Shown: positions 1 to 12,659 of the stretch, one piece after another | Layout: each line of letters begins with the position of its first letter | Position numbering within the stretch: position 1 is the first letter of the stretch | From: Vitrella brassicaformis CCMP3155 | Taxonomy: Eukaryota > Protista > Chromerida | DNA length: 64,000 nucleotides | Assembly: GCA_001179505.1 (NCBI GenBank) | Contig: CDMY01000227.1 | Location: 434,001 to 498,000, forward strand | Direction: 5' to 3' | Notes under the pieces: model-generated | What the model was told of the DNA's origin: nothing | Database searches by the model: none | What the model saw: the letters and a program-made list of their open reading frames with translations, nothing else | Translations under genes and position numbers: made by a program

Positions 1-1547
1 CCCATCAGACGGTCACCCTCTTCCATCCCCAGCTCGTCCACATCTCGCCCCGCCCAACAGAGACCTGGCCCCTCGTACCTCTGCGCCACGCCTTTCTCAT
101 CGCACTCGCCTACATCGCATGGGCGGTGTTCGGCGTTTTGCTCAAGGTCAGCCGCAGGAGGCATGGCGATAAGGGAGCCGGGGAGAGTGAGGAGAAAGAT
201 GGCGAGTATGCGGCGACGGGCGGCGACGGGCTGGGGCGGAAATTCGCGCGTGAGCCGCTGCTGCTGTTGCAGGCGGTGTATGACGTTGTCCAGGTGAGAA
301 CGACGGGATGCAATGCGTCCACAGATCTGTCGGCTTGTGTGTGTGTGTGTGTGTGGCACAGGTAGGTTTGTGCAGCGTGATGCTGTTTCAGACCATCGAT
401 GTGTGCTGGCGGGAGGGATACAAATTCTACCAAAACCCGTTCAGGACTCACGGAGCCGGTCAGCACGCCACAGAGAGAGAAGGAGCGAGGGAAGCACACA
501 CAGCCACACTCGCACGCACACCTACCTCTGTGTCTGTGTGTGCTGTCTGTCTGGGCGCAGGGTTGGCGCCTGTCCTCTGGCTCTTCTACGTGTAAGTAAG
601 CGTGCATTCATTGAGTGAGTGCATCGACCCGCCCATGGGCTCTCTTCTCACCGCCCACTGTCCTTCCCTCCCTTCTCCTTTTGTTGCTTTCATGGTGCCT
701 GCCTGCCTGCAGGTCCAAGGTGGTAGATTTCTTTGACACGGTGTTCATAGTGGTGCGCGGCAAGTGGCGGCAGCTGAGCTTCATCCACGTCTACCACCAC
801 CTGATGACATTCGTCGTCTACTGGATCAGCGTGCAAACCGCATACGACTCGGACATCTACCTAACCATCGCTGCCAAGTCAGTCAGTCAGTCCGTCTGTC
901 AGTTAGCCAGTCTGTCTGCCACGCACCCACCCACCGATCGACAGACAGACAGACAGACAGGGAGAGAGGGATGGGGGCATGGGATGCTTATGGTATGGTG
1001 TGGTGTGGTGTGCAGTTCGTTTGTGCACGTGGTCATGTATTTCTACTACCTCATGCGCACCCTCGATGTGCCCGTCCCCCGAGTCATCAAGAAAAACATC
1101 ACCAACCTGCAAATACTGCAGGTCAGTGAGTCGAGTCGACCGCTGAGCTGACACTTCGGCCGTCGACACGCACACGCACACGCTGTCATCTCGCCCTCTG
1201 TGTGAACCGGTCGGTGTGCTATCTGTCTATCTGTCGTCGATATATCAGTTCATCATGATGGAGGTGCAGGGGTTCTCGATGCTGGTCTTCGGCACGCCTT
1301 TCCCCATCCGCGTGTGCCTCCTCTACTGCAGCTACGTCGGCACACTCCTGGTCCTCTTCGTGGACTTTGCCGTCCGCACATATGGTAGGTAGGTACGGCC
1401 AGCCGAGCCGCCCCGCGCCCAGCCAGCCAGACAGACAGCCACGGAGTGCATTCATTCATCAGACAGACAGACAGACTGGCATAGATGGACGTACGTTTGT
1501 TTCCATCAGGTCCCCGAAAGCCGAAAAAGATCGACAAGGCCGAGTGA
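1..1547 (+). CDS. Fatty acid elongase (ELO/GNS1/SUR4 family), 5' end outside window, multi-exon
   Basis: Spliced exons give SKVVDFFDTVFIVVRGK (KxxEFxDT-like), the HVYHH histidine box, NSFVHVVMYFYY and ITNLQILQF; GT-AG introns in frame; basic C-terminus GPRKPKKIDKAE, stop at 1545-1547. Confidence 0.93.
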
Positions 1548-2318
1548 GGTGCTGTGCTGCCTACCTGTTGCTCGTGACGTGACGTGACGTGCTTAGGGGG
1601 AGAGGAACACCGAGAGCCGGGGGAGGGAGGGATGGAGGGAGAGGAGATTTAAGTGAGGGTGGATGGGATGGCATGCAGGGTCGGTAGGTCGTGGCATGTG
1701 CCGTGGATTGGATGTATGCCATGCCGTGTATGTCATGTCGATGGATGGGCCTCAAGCCAGTCTATAAATATGTATTTGTAGTGGCCGGGCCGGGCGCTCA
1801 CCATTGCATTGCATTGCACGCGGATGTCTATCTGATCTGCCTTAGCGTCACTGACAGATGATGTGATGAGGGCAGGGCAGGGCTCTCACGATATATAAAC
1901 ATACAGACTCAGCCTCTATTTCGCTGTCTTGGTTTTGTCCCTGATTGGATCCTGTGTGTCTTTTCCCCCTCTGATTTTGCTCCGCTCCCGCCCCCTTTTT
2001 GTCTTCTTGCCTGCCTGTCTTCCCCATGTGTGTGCGTCTGTCTATCCTTCCATGTGTGTGTGACTGCATCGATGGTGCAGCGAGCCAGACAGCCGGCCCA
2101 ATTGAACGAATGGGACAGGACGTCTCTCCCTGTCTCTCTGTGTGTGTGATGTGAGCCTTCTCTGCTGTGTCGGTGTGTTGATGTTGAGATGAGAGACCAA
2201 GGCAGTGAGTGAGATGAGGGATGGAGTAGCGCTGTACCGCGTGCCGGCGAGCGGGAGCGTGAGCGTTCCTGTCGAGGCATGACTGACACGGACATGTCCT
2301 CGTGAGAGATAAAAAGTG

Positions 2319-3522
2319 TCACTCCAACAAGTTGTCATGCTTATCCACGCACACACACACACACACAGACGGCGGCAAAGAGGAAAACTGCCACCACACA
2401 CACGTATCGTGTGTCACGCCCCTGCCATCCTGCCCTCATCGAGGGCCGCATCACTTTCACCACCCACACACACCTCCCTGACCAGCGCAGTGATCCAGGC
2501 AAAAGACGCCCGTGGCTGCGTCAAAAGGACATCGTACTCCTTCTGGTAGTCAGCGAAGAAGCGGTCGTCCGCCTCATTCTTCGCGTGGCCAAAGTCATAG
2601 AAGCCTACCTTGAGGACGGCGTCGACTGAGAGGCCCTTGACCACATGAGCGTCCCTGGGGCGGTCACCTGCACGACGGGCGACACGCATCATCAACAGCC
2701 GACCTGCTGCCATCATCTTGCCCACCTATGACGAGCAGCCGCTTCGCCTCAGGCCTGGCGAAGAACTCTCTCGCCCACTTGGGCGCCATGTGTTTCGTGA
2801 ACGAGGACATAGGCATGCCACCCCCGCCACCATCACTCTCACTCTCCGGCCACCAGCTTGTCAGGACGCCCTCCTCGTCCCACACACACTCATTCGACAG
2901 GATGGTCACGTTGCCATAAAGACACCCGTGCTGCTGCAGCACCTCGGAGATCACGTCAGTCACCTCAGCCGACACCACCAGAACAGGCACTCGCATCTCG
3001 TTGAGCAGGTGGAGGAACTCTTTGGCGCCTTCGCGCAGCCGCACGCCGGCATTGCGGACCATTGGGGGGATGAGAGAGCGTCTCAGACGGTGCTTGATGA
3101 GGAGTGCATGTCCGTAGAGCCACCATTTCTCACGGAGAAGGTGCTCGGGCCACTGCAGCTTCCCGGGCAGCACTGACGAGTACTTCTCGAAGTTGAGCAG
3201 ATCACCATACTCCTCTCTGAAGGCGTCACCAAGCGGCGATGTGGCCATGATGCCGTGACACTCCTGAAACGCATCCGAGTCGTGGCATCGTTTCGCATCA
3301 CATCAATCATCGTCACGCTTCTCTTTTGTGTACCTGTCTGGGGTCGACGCTGGCGCATGTAATCGTCCTGTCGAAGTCAATGACGACGGCGAACTGCCCG
3401 TCCGACGAGCGCCTCAGCGCATTGATGAACGCTCTCCGCTTCAACGGATAGGCGTCAGACTGCCACACAGCGTCGTTTTGGCAGATCATCTTCGACTGGC
3501 CTTCAGGGAGTCTGCCCATCAT
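2319..3522 (-). CDS. HAD-family pyrimidine 5'-nucleotidase (cN-III/NT5C3-like)
   Basis: HAD motif I VVIDFDRTIT; LREGAKEF..VLVVSA..ILSN; spliced IGDRPRDAHVVKG (motif IV); KVGFY. The start could be 3522 or the upstream ATG at 3678; 3522 is preferred on homology length and promoter-motif position. Confidence 0.88.
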
Positions 3523-3577
3523 CGTCCTCTTCGCTTTTGGCGTCGCTTTCTCTGGCTGGGTTCGATCCCGAAAACCC

Positions 3578-3586
3578 TGCGAGCTT
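3578..3586 (+). promoter_or_regulatory. TGCGAGCTT putative promoter element (nucleotidase / hypothetical pair)
   Basis: Exact motif; lies between the genes if the nucleotidase starts at 3522. Confidence 0.45.
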
Positions 3587-3736
3587 GGCGACTGGAGCTG
3601 AGGACGACGGAGCTTCCACCGTGGACGGAGACCGCGGGGAGTGCTGCTGTGTGCCTGAGTGTTTGAGCCATCCATCATGACGGCGGTGTCGTGTGGTCCT
3701 GTAGTGGTAGACGCCCTGGCTGGTGCATTCAAGCGA

Positions 3737-5420
3737 ATGCACCCCGATGAGGACCTTTCTCTGCTCGACGACGATGCCTTCGAGGTGAGATGAATGACAA
3801 GAACCGACCGAGGGGAAACCTCACCGTAGATGGTATGGTTTCTGGTGCGGTGTTCCCCTGCTGCCTGTCTTATTGATTGCTCGTCCACAGGCACGGCTCC
3901 AGGCCTTCTACAGGAGGGTCAGTTCGGACACCTCACTGCACATGCTCGCGGCAACCATCAATTGTCATTCGTCGGTGTCCCGGTTTGTGTGTGTGTGTCT
4001 GTGTGTGCTGCGTGCAGTTAGCCGAGGAGACCGTCGCGGAGCTGCGCAACCCATCCAATGGCGGCCAGACCGTTGCACCCGCCACCCGAATTATTCAGAT
4101 GCCAACTCGTGAGGTGGTCGCCGGCTGCGTCCACACGGCCCTCAAACACCTCGAGGACAACCCACACCTCCTCGCGCCGCCCTCTGCCGATGCGCAAGCC
4201 AGCCCTGCTGACGTCACCGCCAAAGAGGAGAGTGTCGCTGAGGGGGACAAGGGCGGCCAGATGTCGAGCACTGGCCTGCGGACGACCGCAGCAAGCGGGC
4301 CCGCAGCTGAGAGCGAAGCGTCGTCTGTCGTGGCCAACAAGGACAAGGACGAGGCCAAGACCGAGGCGCCTCAGGACGAGAAGGCGCCGGAGCAACGTGT
4401 CAATGGGAGCGTCAGGGGGGCGGCAGATGCTGCAGGTGGCCCACCCGCACCACCACCTAGCACCCACCAGGCAGCGAATGGCGCCCACGCCACTTCATTG
4501 TCAAACGGCAATCGGGGGCCGGGCAGCTTCTACGGGCCTCTGCGGAATGGCGCTGCTAATGGCGACCAAACAGACCAAAGAAAGCAAGACAACAAGGACG
4601 GTGGCCACGGTGAGCCGTGGCGCGAATGACCCTATCATCGTTCCTGATCCATCCCTCTGTGTGTTTGTGTGTTTGTGTGTGTGTGCGTCAGTCGTCCCCC
4701 TTGCAGTGGGTTTCCGCGAGCGCGAGATGAGCCCGTGCAGCAGCCGGTCGGCGTCGCGCCCACGAGACGACGATCGCGACCGCCGTAGTCACGGGAATCG
4801 GCAGCGGTCGCGGTCACCGCTGCGGCGCGATGGCCGTGATGAGAGGAGGGGCAGCGATAGGGGCAGCTCCGGGAGGGATCGGCCGCGGGATCATCACCAG
4901 CATGGCCGATCGTACTACCCGGACCACGGCAACAGGTGAAACGAGTTTGACGGAATGGACTCGGATGGATGGACACCCGGAGTTACTGTCTGCTTCTCTC
5001 TCTCTGTGTGTGTGTGTGTGTGTGAGTATGGTGTTCAGCTACGACCGGCGCAGCAACGACTACTCCCCCTCTCGCAACTACAGCCACTATAGCTACGACA
5101 ACAGGGGCAGGAACACCACCACCAGCACCATCGCCGGCACGGGCCACTACTCCAACTACAGGCGGCGGCAGTCCCACAACGACTTCTACTTCTACAACAA
5201 TCATCATCATCATCAGAGAGGCCGCCGCAACGACAGCTATGATGACTATGACGACCGGCGTGACAGCAGGTGGTGGGAGAGGGGGGCCAACCGGTGGGAC
5301 AATGCCGACCCGTATCATTGGGAGACCTCCTACGGCTACCGCGGCCATGGGGGTGGGGGAGGGCATCAGGGGGGTGTGTTTGACCAGAGGCGGTGGGAGG
5401 ATAGGTCCATCAGACGGTAG
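3737..5420 (+). CDS. Hypothetical protein with Arg/Ser/Asp-rich and Tyr/Asn/Gly-rich low-complexity C-terminus
   Basis: Five exons join in frame across GT-AG introns (MHPDEDLSLLDDDAFE | ARLQAFYRR | LAEETVAEL | GFREREMSP..RSRSPLRRD | YDRRSNDY..). No domain recognised. Confidence 0.7.
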
Positions 5421-5634
5421 ATATAGATGACGATGACTGACACACCAGACTGACCGACTGACTGACAGGTGTATGTCTTGATGGATGGTGACAGCAAATG
5501 GGCTGTCTGTCGGTTTAGGTCTGTTTAGGTCTGTCTGGCCACGCGACACGCGACACGCGACACATAAATGTTCGCTTCATGCACCGCACCACCACTCGTC
5601 AAGGAAAAGACTCAAAGGAAATGTCTTAAGTCAC

Positions 5635-6740
5635 TCACCTGGCTGCCCCCGCGCCATAGCCCACCCACTCAATCTCATCCCCTTCGCCCCCGAACAGCCG
5701 GCCTGTGTGTGTGTGGTCGCCCACTGCCAGCCACACGGGCGTCTTGGCTCCCTCCTCGGGCGTCTTGAGTGTCGACGCCTTCTCGTAGCCCTCAGTCATT
5801 CCCGTCAGAATGAACCCAGGCGTGCACACTGCAGCAGCAACACAGATAGACACGCACATCATGATATATGTTGGCTCACACTTCTGTCTGTCTCTGGTGT
5901 GCAACACACTTCAGTTGTGTACCATTGATTTGCAGTTCAGAGTGTTGCCTCGCGATGATCCGAGTCCACAGATTGAGCACCGCCTTAGAGAATCCATACG
6001 TCTGCAGCCACCAGCCCCTCTCAGGGTGCATCTCGATGCGGCCCTCAGCGGCCGTCCCCTCCCAGCACCGAATGAAGTCTTCGACCAGCGCAACAAACGC
6101 CTCCTCGCCCATCCGCTCATCGAGCATCTCACGCCGCCTGTTGTCCCGCATTCTCTGCACGTTCATCATGCCAGCCCCCGAGGACACGTTGACCACCCTC
6201 CCTCCCCGGCACATGAGAGGCCGGAAGTGCCGAAAGCACCGCATGGCGCCGTACACGTTTGTTTCGACGGTTTCTCGCGCGTTGGTGTCTGCTCTCTTCT
6301 GCCAGTCGGGCTGCCATGGCACGTCGAGAGCGATGCCGGCGTTGTTGATGAGCGCATATACGCTGCCTTTGCCGTAAGCGGCCTCAATCTGCATCACACC
6401 CGTCCATATCCAGAGAGAGAAACAGCCGCTGCGTGACATAGATGGGTGGACGGCCGGATGGATGGATGGATAAGTGCTCTGATCCCACCTGCCGAGCGGC
6501 GTTTGCCACACTGTCCTCCGAAGTGACATCGAGCAGCAGCGGCTCCAGCCTCCCCTTCGCTGCCTCGGGCATCGCAGCCATGATGCTCTCCACCGCCTCG
6601 CGAGCCCTGTCGAGTTGTCTGCCGCAGAGAAACACCCTCACAGCTGGATCTGGGTCTTCACGCAAGAGCCTCTGGCAGATGGACTTGCCGATCCCGCGCG
6701 TAGCACCCGTAACGACGACTCCCTTGGTGTTGGTTTGCAT
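5635..6740 (-). CDS. Short-chain dehydrogenase/reductase, carbonyl-reductase-like
   Basis: TGATRGIG Rossmann motif, LINNAG, VVNVSS, catalytic YGFSK, CTPGFILTGM, EEGAKTPVWLA. Confidence 0.92.
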
Positions 6741-6867
6741 CGCCAGTGCTAATGAGAACTGATGGATGAGCTGCAACAACCAGATGCAACGCAGCATCCC
6801 CTACGTCCCCCAGGACCCGTTACCACCAATGCATCGCCTTCCTTCCTCCTCTGAGATCGCATGCATG

Positions 6868-6876
6868 TGCGAGCTT
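6868..6876 (+). promoter_or_regulatory. TGCGAGCTT putative promoter element (SDR / DNAJ pair)
   Basis: Exact motif in the 192-bp divergent spacer, next to GCATGCATG. Confidence 0.55.
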
Positions 6877-6896
6877 GAAAGGAAACGACTCAAAGC

Positions 6897-6912
6897 AGAT
6901 CTCGCGAGATCT
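6897..6912. promoter_or_regulatory. Perfect 16-bp palindrome AGATCTCGCGAGATCT
   Basis: Self-reverse-complementary; 20 bp upstream of the DNAJ ATG. Confidence 0.45.
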
Positions 6913-6932
6913 CCAGTCATTTTGTGTCGAGG

Positions 6933-9063
6933 ATGGAGGGCACACCCCATGGCAGCAGCAACAAGGACGAAGCGCTTAAGTGCAGGGCTCTCGGCGTGAA
7001 GGCACTCAAGGAGGATGACCCTGCCAAGGCAAGCAAACAAGCCTGACTGACACCAAGGAAGGAAAGAAGGACAGATCAGCCACCTCACACCTCCCGCTTT
7101 CACTCATATGTGTGCATGGGTGTCCGTGTCTGTCTGCATGTGATTTTCTGTATGCATCATGATCCGCAGGCCGTCAGGATGTTCGAGCGTGCGCAGCGGA
7201 TGTATCCCGAGGAGGCGGTCAACTCATACCTCATCAAGGCGCGAGCCCAGCTGGCACAGAAGGACTCCCACTCATCCAGCAGCAATACCGCTGCCACCAC
7301 ATCATCAGCCGCCCACTCCCCCGACTCGGCTGCCCACCAGCACCAGCCCAACGGACACCCGTCACACCCATCCGGCCAGCCGGCACCCACCAGCTCATCG
7401 TCTGTGTCGATGTCTGCTGCGGGCGCGACGCCTCCGCCTCCCAATTTCATGAAGATGCCCTCGCCCGACGGCAAGACCACTGCCAATGGCGGGGCTGCTA
7501 GTGGTGGTGGTGGTGGAGGAAGGACAGAGCGCTCGTACAGTGAGGAGCAGGAGAAGGCGTGTCGGCAGATCCTGAAGCACAGGAACCACTACGACGCGCT
7601 GGGGGTGCCGAAGAATGCCAACGAAGACGCCATCAAGAAGGCATATAGGAAGGTATAGCTAGCTGATAGGCAGGGTGGACCACCCTTGTGTGCAGTGCAC
7701 AGGGAGGGGTGGATTGCACAGGGAGGGGTGGATTGCTCCTGTGCTGTGTGTGTATGTGGTATCTATCTATCACATCACACTGCCACACTGCCTGGAATGG
7801 ATGGATGCAATGCAGCTGGCGCTTCAGCTGCATCCTGACAAGAACCAGGCCCCGAGTGCTGAGGAGGCCTTCAAGAGGGTGGCGCGGGCCTTCCAGTGCC
7901 TCAGCGATGCCAACAGGAGGGCCATGTACGATCAATTCGGTGGGTGGGCAGGCACAGACAGACCAATCAATCGCCACACTCACACTCACACACAAACAGA
8001 CGGTCGCTCCTCTGCACTGCACGTTCGTGTAGGCGATGACGAGGAGGTGCCTCAGCAGTACCGTGATCAGTTCGACAAAGACCTGCTCACACCCGAGGTC
8101 ACACACGCAGACATTCATTCACACACTCACGAGATACTTATAGGCCACACAGTGGCTTCTGGACTGGCTGCATGACCCAATCGAGCGCGTGTTTGTCCGT
8201 CCGCGTGTGTGTGTGTGTGTGTGTGTGCAGGAGTTGTTCCAGGCGTTCTTCTCGACCGAGGTGGGCCCTGACGGCCTCTCGCACGTCGTCCCCAAAGTCC
8301 GCAACCCGCCCCCGACAGAGTGAGTGACGTGCAGCCATTCTTGACGGATATGTGTAGCTACCTACATATGTGTGTGTGTGTGTGCAGAGGTCAGCGTTAT
8401 GTGATGCAGGCCATGCAGCTGCTGCCGATCGTGGCCATCGTGGCCGTCTCGTTCATCTCAAGCAACATCGGCAAGGTCAGTCAGTCAGCCACACGAACTA
8501 CCATCGCACCCCCCCACACACGTCTTCGTGTCTGTGTGTCTCTCTGGGTGTCTGTGTGGTTCATTCAGAGCCCCAGGTACAGCCTGTCATCGTCTGACAA
8601 GTACCCCGTTCGGCGCGAGACCAGCCGGCTGGGCCTCACCTACTTCCTCACGCGAGAGATGGCCGCCTCCACCGACAAGAAGCCACACAAGCGGGACCTC
8701 AAGGTGAGTGGAGTGGGAGGCAACGAATCACACACGCCATAGCTGATACGGACAGATGTCAGCTATGGCTCGATTCCCTGATCCACTGTGCATACAGCTG
8801 GAGCACCACATCGAGCAGCAGCACATCGACAAGCTCGTGAAGGCCTGCCGAGGAAGCCAGCAGCTGCAGCACAAGGGTTAGATGGGCGGAGGGGGGGTGG
8901 GTGGGTCGTGTGCTCAACTTGTCACCCCCTCTCTGCTCTGTTTGCCCTTCCTTCATCCATCCATCGGTCAGCCAAGGGGTCTGAGGGCGGCGAGCCGACT
9001 GCTGCTCCCAAAGTAGACACATCATCTTGCGAAAGACTGCACGAGATAAAGGTGACTGAGTGA
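6933..9063 (+). CDS. ER-type J-domain co-chaperone, DNAJB12/DNAJB14-like
   Basis: N-terminal SNKDEALKC..AVRMFERAQRMYP; J domain HYDALGV..AYRKLALQLHPDKN; PEELFQAFF; one TM (LLPIVAIVAVSFI); luminal YSL..YPVRRET..C..C tail (DUF1977-like). The first intron needs a GC donor. Confidence 0.9.
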
Positions 9064-9698
9064 GGGGCACAAAGGGGCGAGACAAATCAGATGGATGTCG
9101 TCATCCCTGGCCGCCGTGTGTGTTGTGTGTGTCGTGTGGCGCAGAATGCCCACTATATCGCTCCGGGTTTCCGGATCCCCCCCCTGTCGCAGCTCATGGC
9201 GGCCACCTAGACAGACAGACAGACACGTGTTTGTGTTGTGTGTGCTGCAAAGCACTACAATCATTGCACTCCGATCCATGCTCTCTGCGCGTGAAGTTAG
9301 TGACCCGACAATGGCGTGTGTGGGTGTGGCGTGACTGACTGACTGAGTGCATTTGATAGGGAGCCGAGGCCGTCGAGCTGAAGTGTGTGACGTGCGCTGG
9401 ATGGATGGATCCGCACAGACACACAGACAAACACTAATGCATCCCTGGGTGTGTGTGTGTGTGTGTGGTGATTTAAGTAGGTGTGAGTGGAGAATGCAGC
9501 CCCTACACAGAGCAGCCATCCAGCAACTCGGGCACAGTCGCGACAGCGATCGGCGAGCTGTGAAAGAGCAAGAAGAGGTTCGCGCATGCAAATTCATCGC
9601 AGAAGCGACATGCTGTCCCTCACATGCAAACCCCCTTGCACCAAACAGATCGATCTGTGAGGGAACGGCCCATCTGAGGAGTCAATTCATTCATTCAT

Positions 9699-11416
9699 TC
9701 ATCCATTGGCTGCAGCATTGTCCTGCAGTGCCCTGAGATCCGCCTCGTGGTCACACTCATGGTCTTCCCCCCTGAACGATACCGGCTTCTCTTCCCGAAG
9801 AGTCTGAGACTCGCTGATGTTCCCCTTGTCGGCCTGGTCGTGGCTCTGTGTGTGCGGAGGGCCGGCCTCTGCGGTTGGCTGGCCGCGCGGCGCATTCGTA
9901 GTATGTTTGCGATGCAGTGTGTCGTGGAGCTCCCTGACGCGGTCGCGTGCTGTCCACTTGAGGGTGCTCTGGCGGGCGGACAAGAGGGTCAGCATACTTA
10001 CATGCAAGTTCCACTCTTGCTTTCTGCCGTGTGTATGTGCTTGCCTTGGGGAAGGGTCTCTCACAAATGGTGCAGTTGAAGTGGTCGTTTCCGTGCTCGC
10101 AGCTGGCGGACTGCAGAGACAGATAGACAGACAGACAGACACAGACTGGCATAAAGCATATGTGCGGCCGCTGCCCGCCTACGTGTTGGTCCCGGAGAGC
10201 TTGGCTGTCTCGCATTTGTTTGTCCAGGGCCTGGCGGACGGCCTTCTGCTGCTCACGGCGAGCCTGTAGCCCACCACACACACAGCATTTCTTTCCTTCC
10301 ATTAGATTGTCCCCATTGTCCCCCGTCTCGCTTTGCTGACCTGCAAGCCCCTTTGTCTGTCCTGCTCCATCTCCTCGGCCGCGCGGCGCACCGCCTCCTT
10401 GTCTTTCTCTCGCTCCTCAGCCTGATACACTCAAAGAGAGACACATGATGCATCGACCGGGTTTTGATAGTGTGCACGACGACCCGCCCTTCCACCCACT
10501 CGCCTGTTTCTTGGCCATGGCATCCCTTCTCTCCATGCTCTGCTTCCACGCGTCCTGCAGCCTCGAATCGGGCGGGGGTGCGGGCGGCGGGGGTGCTTCA
10601 CTTTGCAGATGACTTGCCGCTTCGTCCTGCGTCTTGCGGCGGGCCTCGGCCAGCTCGTCCATCTGACGCTTTAAAGCGGCGGCATAAGCCTCGCGCGCTG
10701 CCCTGCAGTAAAGGCTTCATTAATGAGTCATGGGGAGGGCGGCTAAGGTGTGTGCTGACTTTGCTTGAGCTCCAGTGAGGCACCTCTCATCGATGGGGAG
10801 TGAGGTGCCCGAAGCGTCACTAAATGACAAATACACCAAAAAGAGGACCATGTGTGCCTTCAGTGCTGCATGTGTGAGCCACTAACGGGCGCTTGCGCTG
10901 CTGCCTGATCTTGTTGAGGTCTTCTCTCTGCTTGTCCAGATGACTGCGATAATCAGACTTCTGTTTCTTCAAAGCCGCCTGGAGGTCATCGGCCTCTCTC
11001 TGCAGCTCCTCAGTCGACGGCGGCGCCGTGCCCGTCTTCCTTGCCCTCTCAGCCCCCTCCCGCCGCAGCTGCTCATTCTCCTCCATCTGCTGCCTCAACG
11101 TGTCAGCAAACTGACGCCGAAAGGCATGTGCGTCTGACTCACCGCCCCGGGCCACCTCACTGCCGATGTCCAGGCTGGTCTGGGTGGGGCCCTTGTGCTG
11201 CTGGGCGGCCATTCGCCTTTCCTCCAGGTCTCTCTTCTGCTGATCCAGCATGTCCTTGTACCTGTTGGTGCGGGCCTTGATGCCGCCCCGGACGTCACAG
11301 CCATCGCAAATCCATCCTGACTCGGCGGATGCAGCGGTTAATGGACGGAGGTCTGTGATTTCTGGGGCAGGGAGGTCTGCGATGGGGAGGGCCGGTGGGG
11401 CCTCGGCTGTTGCCAT
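9699..11416 (-). CDS. Uncharacterised coiled-coil protein with repeated (Y/F)xxxLxxQ motifs and Cys/His clusters
   Basis: Exons join in frame. Repeats: YKDMLDQQ, FADTLRQQM, YRSHLDKQ, YAAALKRQM, VRQALDKQM. Cys/His clusters: WICDGCD and CEHGNDHFNCTICERPFPK. Two GC-AG introns are required. Confidence 0.7.
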
Positions 11417-11477
11417 CGGAAATGACGAGGGGTTCTGCGTACCCCTTCGGGGGCGGGGGCAAGGTCCCCGTGAGATT

Positions 11478-11513
11478 AACGAACGAACGAACGAATGAAC
11501 GAACGAACGAACG
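11478..11513. repeat. (GAAC)n microsatellite in a divergent promoter
   Basis: aacgaacgaacgaacgaatgaacgaacgaacgaacg seen directly. Confidence 0.9.
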
Positions 11514-11532
11514 GCGCAGTTGGCGATTAGGG

Positions 11533-11541
11533 TGCGAGCTC
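11533..11541 (+). promoter_or_regulatory. TGCGAGCTC putative promoter element (coiled-coil / CNB pair)
   Basis: Exact motif in the 190-bp spacer, followed by CATGCATGCA. Confidence 0.55.
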
Positions 11542-11606
11542 TTGGGGGCGCCCCCATGCATGCAAACTGGAAGAACCACACGGCGGCAGCGATTGAGAGC
11601 GGCGCC

Positions 11607-12628
11607 ATGTCGTCGCGTGTTCGGGCGTCAGTGTTGCTTCAGAGCGCTGCAGCAGGGGATGCCACCCCGGCCGCCAGCGCACCGCCGGCTGTACAAACAC
11701 CAAAGGGAGAAGGGCAGCTGGACCAGGCGGTGAGTGAGAACAGGGCCGCATGCCATTGGGGAAAGTGATCAGTGATTGGCACTCTGACATGGGGTGCAGG
11801 ACGTGGATCGTGCCCTGCGCATCCTATCGGCCGTCCCGCCGAGACGCCGAATGCCGAAAGACATCGAGGTGAGTAATACATCTGCAGGCGAGCACAGCAC
11901 GGCGGTCAATCCACTCATTGTAGAGGGATATGTCCCTCTTTCTTTGTGGGTCTGTCACGTCAGGTGTTGCGTAAAGTGCTGGTGACGGCCCGTGTGTTTG
12001 CTGACCTGGAGGACTCGGCGCTCAATCGGCTGTGTCAGGCTGTGTGGTGGTGCGGCACACATGAACCACAGAAGAGTCCACTGCACGCTCCTGCCGACCG
12101 ACAGCCGGAACTTAGGCGAATCAATCGCCACCTTTCTGTCTGTGTTGCAGGCAGAGGTTCGCCCCCAAACGAGTGGTCGTCCTTGAGGGTGTGGGATGCA
12201 CACATACACATACATCATGTGCACGCAGGGGCCATTCATTCTCTCCTCAACAACATGTTTCTCGCTTTTTTGTGCAGGCGATGAGTCCGAGTGCTTCTAC
12301 CTCATCCTGCGCGGCACTGTCGGGGTCTTCCGGAGGGTGAAAACGCCGAAAGGCTAGTCGCCATCTACGGCGCATCTTTCTGTGTGGGTGGCGTGTGCGT
12401 GTTGTGCAGAACCAGCGCGGCCGCGAGCAGCACCTGACGGACCTACACGTAAGTAAGTGAAAGCTAGGACCATGAGCTCACTGCTGTGCGGTCCACAAAG
12501 CGCCATCTCGCGCTCTCTCTGTGTCTTGCTCATCAGGTCGGCCAGGCGTTTGGCGAATGGGGCCTCATCCGAAAGGAGAAAAGGTGGGATCGACTCGTGC
12601 AGACAACGTTGCGATGTGTGATGGGACG

Positions 12629-12659
<31 letters not shown>

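Noticed and set aside
3555-3575. GGTTCGATCCC, resembling a tRNA T-arm
   Set aside because: No acceptor stem, D arm or anticodon arm can be built around it.
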